From the IMG/VR virus record IMGVR_UViG_3300046167_000870: 64,000 nt of DNA. One strand, written 5' to 3'. Source of the DNA: a virus. A program made the position numbers and the translations under genes. The notes under the pieces were generated by a model. It did no database searches, was not told where the DNA came from, and worked only from the letters and a program-made list of their open reading frames with translations. This document shows positions 19,957 through 31,765 of the stretch, piece after piece (positions within the stretch are counted from its first letter, which is position 1; every line of letters starts with the position of its first letter).

Positions 19957-20576
19957 AAAGTATCGTAATAGCTGTTTTGTTTTTCTTGTCGTTTAATTGT
20001 TTTTGGATGATATAAAGCAAGTTCAGGCATAGCTGGTAGTAAAGCATATGTTTTATGACCAGTTAATACTTCATGTACTTTATTTTTCCATTTAATTTCA
20101 GGTTTATTTTTCCAAATACGCCATTGATAATCAGGCCAATTAACTCTATCTTCTTCATCTACATTCCACCTCCATTTATTAATATGTTCTTGAGTTAATC
20201 CAGATACAGTATTTACTCTAGGTACTAGAAACACTTCATTTTCTGGATTGCTATTGATTATATTTGGTAGATGTTCTATTAATAAATCATTTGGTAATTC
20301 ATCAGCATCTATTTGGAAAATATAATCCCCAGTACATAATTCTGTTAATTGGTTTTTCCAATCAGCAAAATGGTGTTTAAATACTTTAGAATGATAGGTA
20401 CAACATGGATCCCCTTTTAATTCAGAAATACGAGCCCATACTTCATCAGTACCATTTTTTTTATCAAATAAAACAACTACTTCGTCTTCTTTACGTTTTG
20501 CTTTTATAAGAAAATTTAATAAACGAGTTATCTCATCTATCTCATTACAAACTGTTATTGCATAACTTATTTTCAT
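19953..20576 (-). CDS. GT2 glycosyltransferase
   Basis: ISYAITVCNE, IDADE, WPDYQ.R, VHE; likely start MKISYA. Confidence 0.85.
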   Translation of the reverse strand: MKISYAITVCNEIDEITRLLNFLIKAKRKEDEVVVLFDKKNGTDEVWARISELKGDPCCTYHSKVFKHHFADWKNQLTELCTGDYIFQIDADELPNDLLIEHLPNIINSNPENEVFLVPRVNTVSGLTQEHINKWRWNVDEEDRVNWPDYQWRIWKNKPEIKWKNKVHEVLTGHKTYALLPAMPELALYHPKTIKRQEKQNSYYDTL

Positions 20577-20577
20577 A

Positions 20578-21036
20578 TTATTCTGGTAATGCTCCAATAT
20601 ACGATAAGGCATCCATGTAGTCACGTTCTTTAAAATGCTTTAATGAAGACATATCTGGTTTATACTCTGTTTTTGAACCATCTTTATTTACAACTGGTTC
20701 ATCTAATTTTACTGCTTTAACTGCTGCCCAAGCCCAATCTCCATCTTCATGTGATTTACCATCAGCATAAACCATACCTAATTCTGGTACATTAACTGTG
20801 TTTGGTAGCCATGTAAGTCCTGTTTTAGTATCTGTCCAAGCTAAGTCTTTATAAATTTCAGGCAATACAGCCCATTGTTCTTTATAAAACTGCTGATCAG
20901 GTGTCATTAAACTATTAGACCAAAAACCACAAGATATACTATAATAATTAGTAATTTCAGGTGTTACTTCGATTCTATAACATAAATCACCTCCTGATTT
21001 GGGACAATCAATTATTTCATCAAATTGTTCTTTCAT
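20578..21036 (-). CDS. Hypothetical protein
   Basis: Packed ORF in glycan cluster. Confidence 0.65.
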   Translation of the reverse strand: MKEQFDEIIDCPKSGGDLCYRIEVTPEITNYYSISCGFWSNSLMTPDQQFYKEQWAVLPEIYKDLAWTDTKTGLTWLPNTVNVPELGMVYADGKSHEDGDWAWAAVKAVKLDEPVVNKDGSKTEYKPDMSSLKHFKERDYMDALSYIGALPE

Positions 21037-22331
21037 TATACTTTATTTAATGTTGGAGTTGTTAGTGATGGAGTATCCATACTAGGTAAATTTAATTTTA
21101 ATTCATTAGCAAATTCAGGTAAGTTATCTTCTAATAGCTTATCAACTAATTCTTTCATTTTAGTAAAACTAAATTCTGTTTTAATATAATGTCCTTGTTG
21201 TTTAGCTGGTCCAACATATTTTTTATAGTTAGTAAATACATTTTTTAATGCATCTTTAGCTTGTTTAGGATTAACTTGGAACCAATCATATTCTTTTTTC
21301 AACCATTGGTTTGCGGCTGAGGCATGTACTTTTTCTAATTGACCTCCTAATACAATTGCTAATCCAGGTTCAACAAAATCCATATGACCAGACCATCCTG
21401 ATACTATTAGTGGTTTCTTTGATAAACAAAATTCTTGTAATGGTCGTCCAAATCCTTCACCTTTAGTAAAACTAACCATAGCTTTTACTTTAGGGTGATT
21501 ATATAACTCATTCATTTGTTGATCAGTAAGACCACCATTTAATACATAAACATTAGGTAAATCATCATTTACATATTGTCTTTTAATCTTAGATATTTTA
21601 TTAAGTATAGCTTCTCTACTCATATAACTATTTCTACCAGTAGATGCTTTTAATATTAAAGCTGGTCTTGATTTTTTATTTTTAAATGTTTGGAAGAAAT
21701 AATCAATCATTAATCCTACATTTTTTCTATCATGACCCATATCACCTTGCATCCAATGTCCTACAAATAGATAACAAAACGATTCTTTAATAGCGCTTAA
21801 ATCAAAGTCAACTTTAGGTAAATACTTATAAACATCTTCATTATACCCTTCAAATACTACTTCAATTGGTTTAGTTAATTTTAAAACATGACCTGTAGTT
21901 CTACCTTGTTGGTCTCTTTGTTCAAATCCAACTTCAGTAAATACTTTTTTACTGTGTTTTGATGAAACGAAATTCATATCCATTCGGTTTAAACCTTCAA
22001 TCCAGGTATGATCACAACCTGTACTTTCAATTCCAGCTGTACATCCAATATTATATTTTCCTACTGGTTGGAATTCACTTGGAATAGTAATCTGCATCCA
22101 AATATCTGGTTTTTGTCCTTGAGCTACACCTTGCACTCTAAGTTCATTTAGATATTCCCATTCTTTATGATCTGTAGTAAAGCCAAATGGTGTATTACCC
22201 CATCTTTGACTTAATAATTTAACATCATATTTATCTAAATCGATAATTGACTTGACAATATCTCTTGCTCTAGCCCCATAACCACTGTATGTGTCAAATG
22301 GGCAACTTATATAAAAACTTGGTTTTTTCAT
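21036..22331 (-). CDS. GT4-like glycosyltransferase
   Basis: SGYG, RKN, GEGFGRPLQE, WSGHMDF. Confidence 0.85.
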   Translation of the reverse strand: MKKPSFYISCPFDTYSGYGARARDIVKSIIDLDKYDVKLLSQRWGNTPFGFTTDHKEWEYLNELRVQGVAQGQKPDIWMQITIPSEFQPVGKYNIGCTAGIESTGCDHTWIEGLNRMDMNFVSSKHSKKVFTEVGFEQRDQQGRTTGHVLKLTKPIEVVFEGYNEDVYKYLPKVDFDLSAIKESFCYLFVGHWMQGDMGHDRKNVGLMIDYFFQTFKNKKSRPALILKASTGRNSYMSREAILNKISKIKRQYVNDDLPNVYVLNGGLTDQQMNELYNHPKVKAMVSFTKGEGFGRPLQEFCLSKKPLIVSGWSGHMDFVEPGLAIVLGGQLEKVHASAANQWLKKEYDWFQVNPKQAKDALKNVFTNYKKYVGPAKQQGHYIKTEFSFTKMKELVDKLLEDNLPEFANELKLNLPSMDTPSLTTPTLNKV

Positions 22332-23782
22332 TAATAAATAATTTTATGATTTAACACTTTACCTTTGTACTCAATTGCATTTACAATTTCGTATTCTTCT
22401 CTTGGTTCCCAAACTTTAAATAGTTCAGTAAAAGCTTCTAATACCCTTTCGGCTTGTCTTTCAGCTGTAAATCCAGCTTCATCACTTATAGCCCATTCTC
22501 TACCTTTTAATCCTTTAGCTTTACGTTCTTCTTTACTTAAATTATATACTTCCATATATCTTTCAGCTGCATCTTCCCACTTACATCTATCATCAAAAAT
22601 GTATGGTGTTGGAGGTGAACCTTGAATTGATCTACTTGTTGGGTAAACTGGAAATGCCCATTCACCATGTTCTTTATATGTGCCTCTGTGGTTGGATGGT
22701 ACTTCAGGTGATGGATCAAACCATTTACCTTTATCATCAACAAATCTCATTTGATCTTGCATTCCACCTGTTACATTAGCTATAATTGGTGTACCCGCTA
22801 ACATAGCTTCTGTAAGGGTTAATCCCCAACCTTCATTTGATGTTAATAATACTTGAGCATCTGCTATATTATACAAGTAATTTAAATGTTTTCTATCTAA
22901 CTTATTAATTGAAAATATACATGCTTTAGGATATTTTTCATCAAATAGATATTCTCTTACTGCTTCTAAATCAGTACCATGATCTGTTACTACTTCTGTG
23001 TGTAGTATCATTCTACATTTATCCGCTTTTTCTTTTGGTAATTGATCTAAAAAATGTCTAAACGCTAACATTGTATCTGGAATTTGTTTACGTCTAATAT
23101 TTCTTGAATTAAAGAATAATGTATAATCAACATCATCACCTTTAAAAACAGAATTTCTAAAGATTTTCATATCCTTATAGTCATCATGATCTTTAGTAAT
23201 AGGGAAATAATGGTTGTGATTTAAACCATGAGGTACATATTTAAACACCCTTTTACTATTATCACAATCAGCTAATACTAGCTCATTAATATTTTTAGTT
23301 TGTTTTGAAATACCCATTAATAAATCACATGATTCGTAATATGCTTGATTATATCTTGGTGCTGGATAGTCATCCCAAATATTAATATAAGCTATAGGAC
23401 ATTTTTTTCTAATATCATCTTCAGAATTAAAAATGTGAGTAAAATATCTTGGGTCTGTAAATAACAATAGGGCATCTGGTTTTTCAATTTCTAAAACCTG
23501 TCTAATTTCATCTTCTTTACCATAACCATTTACACAGTATATTTTAACTTGAGCATCATCAATCCCAATTTCCTTTCCTGTTGCTTGTCCTAAATCTAAT
23601 ACCTTACCTTTATCTGGATGGTTAATAGCTCCACCTATATTTACCCAGTTAAAATGGTGACAGGTATGTGATACTATTTCTTTTGCAACTGTTGCAACAC
23701 CAGAGTGTACTCTAATGTCATCACATACTAAAACGATTTTTTTCCTCTTATCAGGAGGAAGGTGTTTAAAACTTTTATTCAT
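22331..23782 (-). CDS. GT4-like glycosyltransferase
   Basis: RNIRRK, EGWGLTLTEAMLAGTPII. Confidence 0.9.
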   Translation of the reverse strand: MNKSFKHLPPDKRKKIVLVCDDIRVHSGVATVAKEIVSHTCHHFNWVNIGGAINHPDKGKVLDLGQATGKEIGIDDAQVKIYCVNGYGKEDEIRQVLEIEKPDALLLFTDPRYFTHIFNSEDDIRKKCPIAYINIWDDYPAPRYNQAYYESCDLLMGISKQTKNINELVLADCDNSKRVFKYVPHGLNHNHYFPITKDHDDYKDMKIFRNSVFKGDDVDYTLFFNSRNIRRKQIPDTMLAFRHFLDQLPKEKADKCRMILHTEVVTDHGTDLEAVREYLFDEKYPKACIFSINKLDRKHLNYLYNIADAQVLLTSNEGWGLTLTEAMLAGTPIIANVTGGMQDQMRFVDDKGKWFDPSPEVPSNHRGTYKEHGEWAFPVYPTSRSIQGSPPTPYIFDDRCKWEDAAERYMEVYNLSKEERKAKGLKGREWAISDEAGFTAERQAERVLEAFTELFKVWEPREEYEIVNAIEYKGKVLNHKIIY

Positions 23783-23795
23783 TTGTTATCTATTT

Positions 23796-23984
23796 TTAGA
23801 GTTCAATATTTGTTTGATTAGTAATTTGTTTTCTAAAATCTTCATCTGTAAGATACAAAAACAAGCTACGGTCTGCAAGTTTTTGGAACGAGAATTTTCG
23901 CCTCACACATTCTACTTTAAAATCGTTAAACAGATCACTTTGTACTTTAACACTGGTTAGTGTCATTTTTGCTTTTTGTGCCAT
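23796..23984 (-). CDS. Ribbon-helix-helix-like small DNA-binding protein
   Basis: TLTSVKV beta strand followed by two helices. Confidence 0.55.
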   Translation of the reverse strand: MAQKAKMTLTSVKVQSDLFNDFKVECVRRKFSFQKLADRSLFLYLTDEDFRKQITNQTNIEL

Positions 23985-24040
23985 AATTTTTATTTTTAAT
24001 AACGTTATATTTGTCTATACATATATGAATATTCCTCAAA

Positions 24041-25015
24041 TTACGCAAAGTCTAGACCTGCTCCACATAATTCTTGTTCTTCTTTAAATGGACAGAAATT
24101 ACAAGTCCATTTTGATGGTGTTTTAGGATAAATTTTTTCCTTAATATCACCATTAGAGTTAAAACATTCATTTACAAAATCATTTACTGCCTTTTTTGCC
24201 CTACCTAATTTAATTTTTCCACTAGGAGGAGTGAATTGTTGTACTCTATAAGCTTGATAGGGTGACATAATATTTTCGTCATCCATATCTAATACTTTTC
24301 TTTTTAATATAAAGAATTCAATATCAATTTTATCTAAAGGTATTCCATACTGTTCAGAAAAAAATTGTTTATATAATAATAATTGATACTGTTTGTCTTC
24401 ATCTTTTTTAGCGTAATCGTTCCAACCTTTAGTACTGGTTTTAATATCGATTATTTTAAATGTTTCTGTGTTTTCATTGTATGTGACAACATCTAAATAC
24501 CCCATGTATAATACGTTATTATACATTTTATTTGGCGCAACTATAATTGGTAATTCACAACCAACTAAATATGTTCCTTTTTTACTGAAATATCTAGCAC
24601 GTTTTTTCTTAAACCATTCTATTATGGCAATCCCATCTTCAAAAAACTCCCTCATTTCAGTTGCTTCTGAAAAGTGGGAGTCATTATTCTTTTTATATTG
24701 TGCTTGGTATTCGCTTATAAATCTACCTCTAAAATCCTCAGTAATATCAATGTCTCTATCTGCTGCTGCAAATGATTTATCATAAGCATAATCTAGATAA
24801 TATTGCATTGATTCATGTATTGCTGTTCCAAATACAGTGTGAATTGATGAAGTAAACTTTTTAATCTTATCTTTATATTGTAATTTCCATCTATGAGGAC
24901 ATCCCCTAAAGATCGACATTTGAGAATAAGATATATTCTTCTGAAATGCGAAGTTAATTGGTGATGGAGGATTATTTCTAATCTCCCTTACAATATGCGG
25001 AACCTTTTTAGCCAA
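24041..25015 (-). CDS. PD-(D/E)XK Cas4/RecB-like nuclease
   Basis: SYSQ..CP, GTAIH, GYLD, IDIKT, QLLLY, CNFCPF...C. Confidence 0.85.
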   Translation of the reverse strand: MAKKVPHIVREIRNNPPSPINFAFQKNISYSQMSIFRGCPHRWKLQYKDKIKKFTSSIHTVFGTAIHESMQYYLDYAYDKSFAAADRDIDITEDFRGRFISEYQAQYKKNNDSHFSEATEMREFFEDGIAIIEWFKKKRARYFSKKGTYLVGCELPIIVAPNKMYNNVLYMGYLDVVTYNENTETFKIIDIKTSTKGWNDYAKKDEDKQYQLLLYKQFFSEQYGIPLDKIDIEFFILKRKVLDMDDENIMSPYQAYRVQQFTPPSGKIKLGRAKKAVNDFVNECFNSNGDIKEKIYPKTPSKWTCNFCPFKEEQELCGAGLDFA

Positions 25016-25016
25016 A

Positions 25017-25526
25017 CTATTTTTTCCATTTATCGCGACCTACTAAAAGACCGATTATTCCATAATTGGCAATGTCAATAAATGTGTCTTCCATACCTTC
25101 ACCTTTAACAAATGATCTACCATTAATTAATAGGTTTTTAAGACGTGAAATTTTATCTGTAAGTCTAATACATAATCCAGTAAGTGAAAATGTTTTATCC
25201 TCTTTATTATTAAGGATATCTCCACCTAATGCTATATTATTTAAACCATAATCCATATGTTTGCGAGCAAACATTTCATACATTTCTTCTTGAATTTGTT
25301 TAAATTCTTTAGATAATTCAGGATATTCTTCTTCAAAAATAGTAATTGTTTGATTTATTTCATCTTCAATAAATCCTTTTATTTTTTTATTTTTTCCGTA
25401 TTTTGAATTCATAATTTCTCTATCGCTCATAGCTTTTGATTGTTGAACAGCATTAGCAGCAAAATGGCCTCCGCTGTTGATTCTTTCTTCTAAAGTCTCC
25501 ATGTATTTTTTAACTGAATCACCCAT
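25017..25526 (-). CDS. DUF1599 (nucleotide-modification-associated, MazG-like fold) protein
   Basis: KHMDYG...RLTDKISRL...EDTFIDIANYGII. Confidence 0.75.
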   Translation of the reverse strand: MGDSVKKYMETLEERINSGGHFAANAVQQSKAMSDREIMNSKYGKNKKIKGFIEDEINQTITIFEEEYPELSKEFKQIQEEMYEMFARKHMDYGLNNIALGGDILNNKEDKTFSLTGLCIRLTDKISRLKNLLINGRSFVKGEGMEDTFIDIANYGIIGLLVGRDKWKK

Positions 25527-25743
25527 GTAGAAGTCCCTTAGAATTATAATACTTATCTAAGGCTTCTAGTCTATCATCTGCGTCGACTAATTTAACAAGT
25601 GCTTCTTCAGCATTCTTATAAAAGTCTTCAGTTGAATGGTCTCCAATACCAGCTGCTTTATCACCTAATAGTTCAAGTGACAAAAGTGCTTTGGCTTTAT
25701 CTGCTTCTGCAGACGTACGTAACATTTCTACTAATTTGCTCAT
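25519..25743 (-). CDS. Hypothetical phage protein
   Basis: AGIGDHS motif; packed ORF. Confidence 0.65.
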   Translation of the reverse strand: MSKLVEMLRTSAEADKAKALLSLELLGDKAAGIGDHSTEDFYKNAEEALVKLVDADDRLEALDKYYNSKGLLHG

Positions 25744-26153
25744 TTTATTAATTTAGTTATTTCTTTTTTTTCAAATCCTAATGTCTCCAATATACGACGG
25801 ATTTGTTTGGTATCCAACAGAGTCATATATTCTTTTACTTCATTTTTAGAACATTCCCAATAACGACTTAAATGTTCAAGTAATTCAGGGTTTGATTTTT
25901 TAACCGATGATTTAACATACTTGTTCCATTTATTATTTTTGGGAATATATTCTCTATAAATTGAATATATTTCTTTCTTATTCTGAGGCATTATTTTTTG
26001 TGCCTCATTTACTAATTCTAAATAGTCAGGATTCATAGATAAAAACCTATGAACCATATAGCTGTTCCAGACATCCCAATCTTTATCAGAAAAGGAGTCT
26101 GGTTCAGATTTGATTGAATTAATTTGTTTAAGCCAATCAAATACATTTTTCAT
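25740..26153 (-). CDS. Clamp loader small subunit (T4 gp62-like)
   Basis: YMVHRFLSM, YWECSKNEVKEY; near gp44-like gene. Confidence 0.7.
   Translation of the reverse strand: MKNVFDWLKQINSIKSEPDSFSDKDWDVWNSYMVHRFLSMNPDYLELVNEAQKIMPQNKKEIYSIYREYIPKNNKWNKYVKSSVKKSNPELLEHLSRYWECSKNEVKEYMTLLDTKQIRRILETLGFEKKEITKLIK
25789..25818 (-). promoter_or_regulatory. Intragenic class I promoter motif
   Basis: aatatacgac-ggatttgttt-ggtatccaac inside the gp62-like CDS, 46 nt upstream of the next start. Confidence 0.65.
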
Positions 26154-26392
26154 TATACTATTTCATCTTTAAGTTCATCTCTTAATTCTAGTGGTAACCC
26201 TTCACCTAATATTTTATTAGTTGTTGGATCATAGAAAATAGGAATAGGCATAATTGCATCGTTGTCTGTTCCTGCTACGAATTTAGAAATTTTTCTTAAA
26301 ATAACTCCTGATTTAAAGATACTTCCACCTTCAGAATTCTTCATCCCTTCAGTTGATTTCAAATCAATGTTTGGTTGTTTTGGTGCTTCCAT
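26153..26392 (-). CDS. Hypothetical protein
   Basis: Packed ORF between clamp loader subunits. Confidence 0.65.
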   Translation of the reverse strand: MEAPKQPNIDLKSTEGMKNSEGGSIFKSGVILRKISKFVAGTDNDAIMPIPIFYDPTTNKILGEGLPLELRDELKDEIV

Positions 26393-26395
26393 TTT

Positions 26396-27307
26396 TTACT
26401 TATTATTTATTAAATTATTAATTAAACTCATTATATTTATCTCTTTATCAATTCTAAAATTAGCTTTGTATTGATGCTCATTAATTAGAAAAGCCGCTGT
26501 ACCTGACTTACCAGGAAGATATTCGTCAGCATTATCATATAAAAACCTAAATGCTTCTTCATAATCATCAACATTTGAGTCAGCGATTATTTGTCTAATA
26601 GTGTTAAATTTAGGTTTATCTTTTTTTAACTCAACTAAAATAGCAGACAAATAACTAGTACTGACAAGTAAAGAATCATCCAATGTTAGTTTGTTCTTAA
26701 TATTACTTGTCTGGATAGTGTTAAGCATTTTCCTCAAGTCCGGATAGAACTTATTTACAATTTTACCAATGGCAGTTGGTTCATAACTTATGCTTTCCTT
26801 ATCACAAATACTAGCTAAATGTACTGCAACCTCCTTCCTTGTAGGAGGTAATACTTTAATTGTTTGACACCTTGATTGTAAAGGATCAATTACACGTTCA
26901 ATATAGTTACAAGTCATAATGAATCTTGTAGTACGTGAAAATGTTTCTATGATGTTTCTGAGTGACGCTTGCGCTTGAATCGTGAGAAAATCCGCCTCGT
27001 CCAAGATAACAACCTTGAGGGGCTTAAATGAAGCAACCGATGCGAAACCAGAGACTTTATCCCTAATAGTTTCGATCCCACGCTCGTCAGAAGCGTTAAT
27101 ATAAATGTAATCACAGTCTAGATTTTTAGTTATTAATTTGGCTAACGTTGTTTTACCTGTACCAGCAGGACCATAAAATAAATAGTTTTGAATATCATTT
27201 TGTTCTAGTTGTCTTGCAATTGATGTTTTTAATTTATCATTGCCAACATAATTATCTAATGTTATTGGTCTGTACTTCTCGTTAAGTAAACTATTAGTAT
27301 TCTCCAT
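26396..27307 (-). CDS. Clamp loader AAA+ subunit (RFC small/T4 gp44-like)
   Basis: EKYRP, GPAGTGKT, INASDERG, LDEAD, LQSRC. Confidence 0.95.
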   Translation of the reverse strand: MENTNSLLNEKYRPITLDNYVGNDKLKTSIARQLEQNDIQNYLFYGPAGTGKTTLAKLITKNLDCDYIYINASDERGIETIRDKVSGFASVASFKPLKVVILDEADFLTIQAQASLRNIIETFSRTTRFIMTCNYIERVIDPLQSRCQTIKVLPPTRKEVAVHLASICDKESISYEPTAIGKIVNKFYPDLRKMLNTIQTSNIKNKLTLDDSLLVSTSYLSAILVELKKDKPKFNTIRQIIADSNVDDYEEAFRFLYDNADEYLPGKSGTAAFLINEHQYKANFRIDKEINIMSLINNLINNK

Positions 27308-27575
27308 ATATTGAATAACGTTGTTCTTTTACAGGTTCAATTTCCTTCTCAGTAGTTAATATAGCATATAATTCACTTTTTAATGGTGCTAATCTATATT
27401 CACCTCTAAATCCGGTTTTAGTCATATACGCTTCAAGCGTATCAGTTAATGATTTGTGTACAGGACCATCTGGTGCATTAGCAATTAATTGCCATTTATC
27501 ACCAGGTGGTACTCTACGAGCAATTAGAGTTGCGTTCTCTATTACTTTTACTTTGGGTTGTGTGTTCTGTTTCAT
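27294..27575 (-). CDS. Hypothetical protein
   Basis: Packed ORF with upstream promoter-like motifs. Confidence 0.6.
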   Translation of the reverse strand: MKQNTQPKVKVIENATLIARRVPPGDKWQLIANAPDGPVHKSLTDTLEAYMTKTGFRGEYRLAPLKSELYAILTTEKEIEPVKEQRYSIYGEY

Positions 27576-27618
27576 GTCTATAATATAATTAATTTATTAT
27601 AAATATCCTAATTATTTA

Positions 27619-29271
<1,653 letters not shown>

Positions 29272-29631
29272 TTATAATTCAGTTAAGTTTGATTTATCTT
29301 CATCTGTTACTTCAGTTTCAGCTAAAATACCTTCAACTGTTTGTTGAACTTTAGCTAGTACTTGATTTTCAGGTCCAACATAATATTCTTCACCATCAAA
29401 TGGTAATTTTGTAAAACCTTGAGTTGGTAATACTACCAAATCTCCTACTTTTAATTGCATTGGGATTAAATTGCCATTTAAGGTATATCTACCAAATCCA
29501 ACAGCAACTACTTCCCCAAATTCATTTTTTTCTTTACCCATATCAGGAACAATGATATTCCCATATAGTGTTTCTTCGTTTTCTACTGGTTTAACGATAA
29601 CCGCATCGAATAATGCTTCAAGCTTTTTCAT
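29272..29631 (-). CDS. groS: Co-chaperonin GroES
   Basis: LFDAVIVKP, GEVVAVG.G, LKVGD.V; adjacent to groL. Confidence 0.9.
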   Translation of the reverse strand: MKKLEALFDAVIVKPVENEETLYGNIIVPDMGKEKNEFGEVVAVGFGRYTLNGNLIPMQLKVGDLVVLPTQGFTKLPFDGEEYYVGPENQVLAKVQQTVEGILAETEVTDEDKSNLTEL

Positions 29632-29929
29632 TTAAATAATTTTTAATGTTAGTTTCAATTTTAGTATAATAATCTAAAAAGTCACTTAATGTTTTAAAGT
29701 GTTCTTTTGTATGTAACTGCTCTTTAGTAATTCTTTCTAATGCAGTCCCAAAATCAGCATGGAATGTTAGTGCTTTAGTATAAGTTTTACTCTTACCTGT
29801 TGATCTAAAATGATCAGCATTTGAGGTAATTCTTTTATTCACTGTGTAGCAGTGTTCATCTTTAGTGATGAAAAAAGGTTCCATACTTGGATCTTCAATA
29901 AGTGTTAAGGAATTTGGTTTTCTTGCCAT
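29618..29929 (-). CDS. Hypothetical protein
   Basis: Packed ORF. Confidence 0.6.
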   Translation of the reverse strand: MARKPNSLTLIEDPSMEPFFITKDEHCYTVNKRITSNADHFRSTGKSKTYTKALTFHADFGTALERITKEQLHTKEHFKTLSDFLDYYTKIETNIKNYLNEKA

Positions 29930-30001
29930 ATAACTATTATTTTGTTTAGACCGGAATATACGAAAAAAACACTGCTAGGACACGTTTTTTTGCAATAACT
30001 T

Positions 30002-30424
30002 TTATTTAATTTTAATTGATTTTGGTTTAGCTTCTTCAGCTAATGGTATAAAAATTTCTAATAGACCATTTGTTAAAACTGCATCAGTTTGTCCTAAATC
30101 AAATTTAGGGGCAATTTTGTATCTTAAATCAAATGATTTTTTAGACAAACCATTATGAATAGTTCCTTCATGGAATTTTTCATCTTCTGGTTTCTTATAA
30201 CTGATTTTTAATATATCTCCTTCGATATCAAGGACAACGTCTTTTTTAGTTAGTCCTGTACAGGCAACTTCAAAATAAAGCCCTTTATCGTCAAAGAAAA
30301 TATTAAGTGGGTGTGGTTGTTTTGTATCTGAAGCTGGTTGAAATGTGCTATCAGATTTAAAGTGGTTTCTAAAAAGAATGTCGAAAGGACTTAAATGCCT
30401 TTCCAATAATTGTAATGTACTCAT
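30002..30424 (-). CDS. Small heat-shock protein (Hsp20/IbpA-like)
   Basis: alpha-crystallin motifs; AVLTNGLLEIFIP, C-terminal KPKSIKIK. Confidence 0.9.
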   Translation of the reverse strand: MSTLQLLERHLSPFDILFRNHFKSDSTFQPASDTKQPHPLNIFFDDKGLYFEVACTGLTKKDVVLDIEGDILKISYKKPEDEKFHEGTIHNGLSKKSFDLRYKIAPKFDLGQTDAVLTNGLLEIFIPLAEEAKPKSIKIK

Positions 30425-30535
30425 ATCATTTAGTTTTGTGAGGCCGAAGCTCTCGGTTAATTTAATTTTAAAACATAACTCGTGCCCTAGCTACGTGTTA
30501 TTTTGTTATACATATATAATAATAAAGAAAAGTCG

Positions 30536-30850
30536 CTAATCCAAGCTATTTTTTAACTCCTCTTCATCTTCTTTACTCATAAATGCCGACCATTTTCCTT
30601 CAGGGCAGCTAGCCGACATTGATCTTACTTTCAAATTTAATATACAACCACAATTGGCACAACAAGGTGCTGTACCTGGAACGGCACAGCTATGTCCTAT
30701 TGTATCAAATTGAGAACATTTCTCACAAATGTGGCCTCTAATTTTGGCTATTTCTTCAACATCATCTCTAGTAAACACTCGGTTTTTTATCCCTTCAAGT
30801 ATTGAAGGCATATTACCAAATGCTGCTATTAATTTGTTGAATCGTCCCAC
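30536..30850 (-). CDS. Cys-rich small protein
   Basis: CEKC..C..CCANCGC..CPEGKW. Confidence 0.65.
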   Translation of the reverse strand: MGRFNKLIAAFGNMPSILEGIKNRVFTRDDVEEIAKIRGHICEKCSQFDTIGHSCAVPGTAPCCANCGCILNLKVRSMSASCPEGKWSAFMSKEDEEELKNSLD

Positions 30851-31050
30851 TATACCATTTCTTCTAAAATACCAATTACTTCACTTAAAACTAAAATAAT
30901 AGTTGCTGTAATTAGGTTAAATGGTATAAAGCAATAGCCTAATATTCTAACTCCTGATTTAATAAAACTAATAATTTGGTGTTTTTGTTGATCAGGCATT
31001 TTTGCCAGATTTTTTCTTTCTTTTTCAATTGCGTTAAAGTCTTTATTCAT
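30850..31050 (-). CDS. Small membrane protein
   Basis: Hydrophobic C-terminal half. Confidence 0.6.
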   Translation of the reverse strand: MNKDFNAIEKERKNLAKMPDQQKHQIISFIKSGVRILGYCFIPFNLITATIILVLSEVIGILEEMV

Positions 31051-31765
31051 TTCTTGCTATATAATAGACGCTTTCTATGTCGTCTGAGTTAAACGTTAAT
31101 TTTATCATTCCTTTATTTGATAATTTTAAATTACCTTTACTCATATCTTTATTTGAGTTAAGTATTGATTTGAAAATATCTGAATCAAATGGGATGGATA
31201 AATTATCTTCTTTAATATCACCATTTAATTGATATGTTATTTTATTTGAAAATCCGGTGTTATCACCAAATACAAATTCACATATATTATTACCGTCAAA
31301 ATCTTGTGTTGTTGTAATTAACATATTATTGACATCAGATAATGCGTTTTTTGCTTTAATTAAATGGTCAACATCTTCCATTTGTAAGTCAATATCAATT
31401 TCCCATGTTTCAGGATCTTCATACCATGTTGTTTTGCCTAAAATTAAAATATCAGCTAATGAATATGTTAAATCAAAATTTAAATCTGCGATATGCATTT
31501 TAGTATACACTGATTTAATTTTTTCTAATGATAAAGATAATTCACCACTAGTAATAGATAACAGTTTTGATAATTTATCAGTATCAAATATACCTAATTC
31601 ACTATCTTCGATATCAAAATCATTTAGATGTACCTTACATACTCTACCTTTTTCACCAGCATATATTGTAAGTGCTTTATCTTTAATTCTCCATTTAACC
31701 TGATTATTTAATCCATTTAAATAATACTTTGCTATAACACTTTGTAAAACATTTTTACTTATCAT
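31043..31765 (-). CDS. Sliding clamp (T4 gp45/PCNA-like)
   Basis: 240 aa, GIFD..KLLS, C-terminal GMIKLTF..SVYYIAR; context with polB and clamp loader. Confidence 0.75.
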   Translation of the reverse strand: MISKNVLQSVIAKYYLNGLNNQVKWRIKDKALTIYAGEKGRVCKVHLNDFDIEDSELGIFDTDKLSKLLSITSGELSLSLEKIKSVYTKMHIADLNFDLTYSLADILILGKTTWYEDPETWEIDIDLQMEDVDHLIKAKNALSDVNNMLITTTQDFDGNNICEFVFGDNTGFSNKITYQLNGDIKEDNLSIPFDSDIFKSILNSNKDMSKGNLKLSNKGMIKLTFNSDDIESVYYIARNE

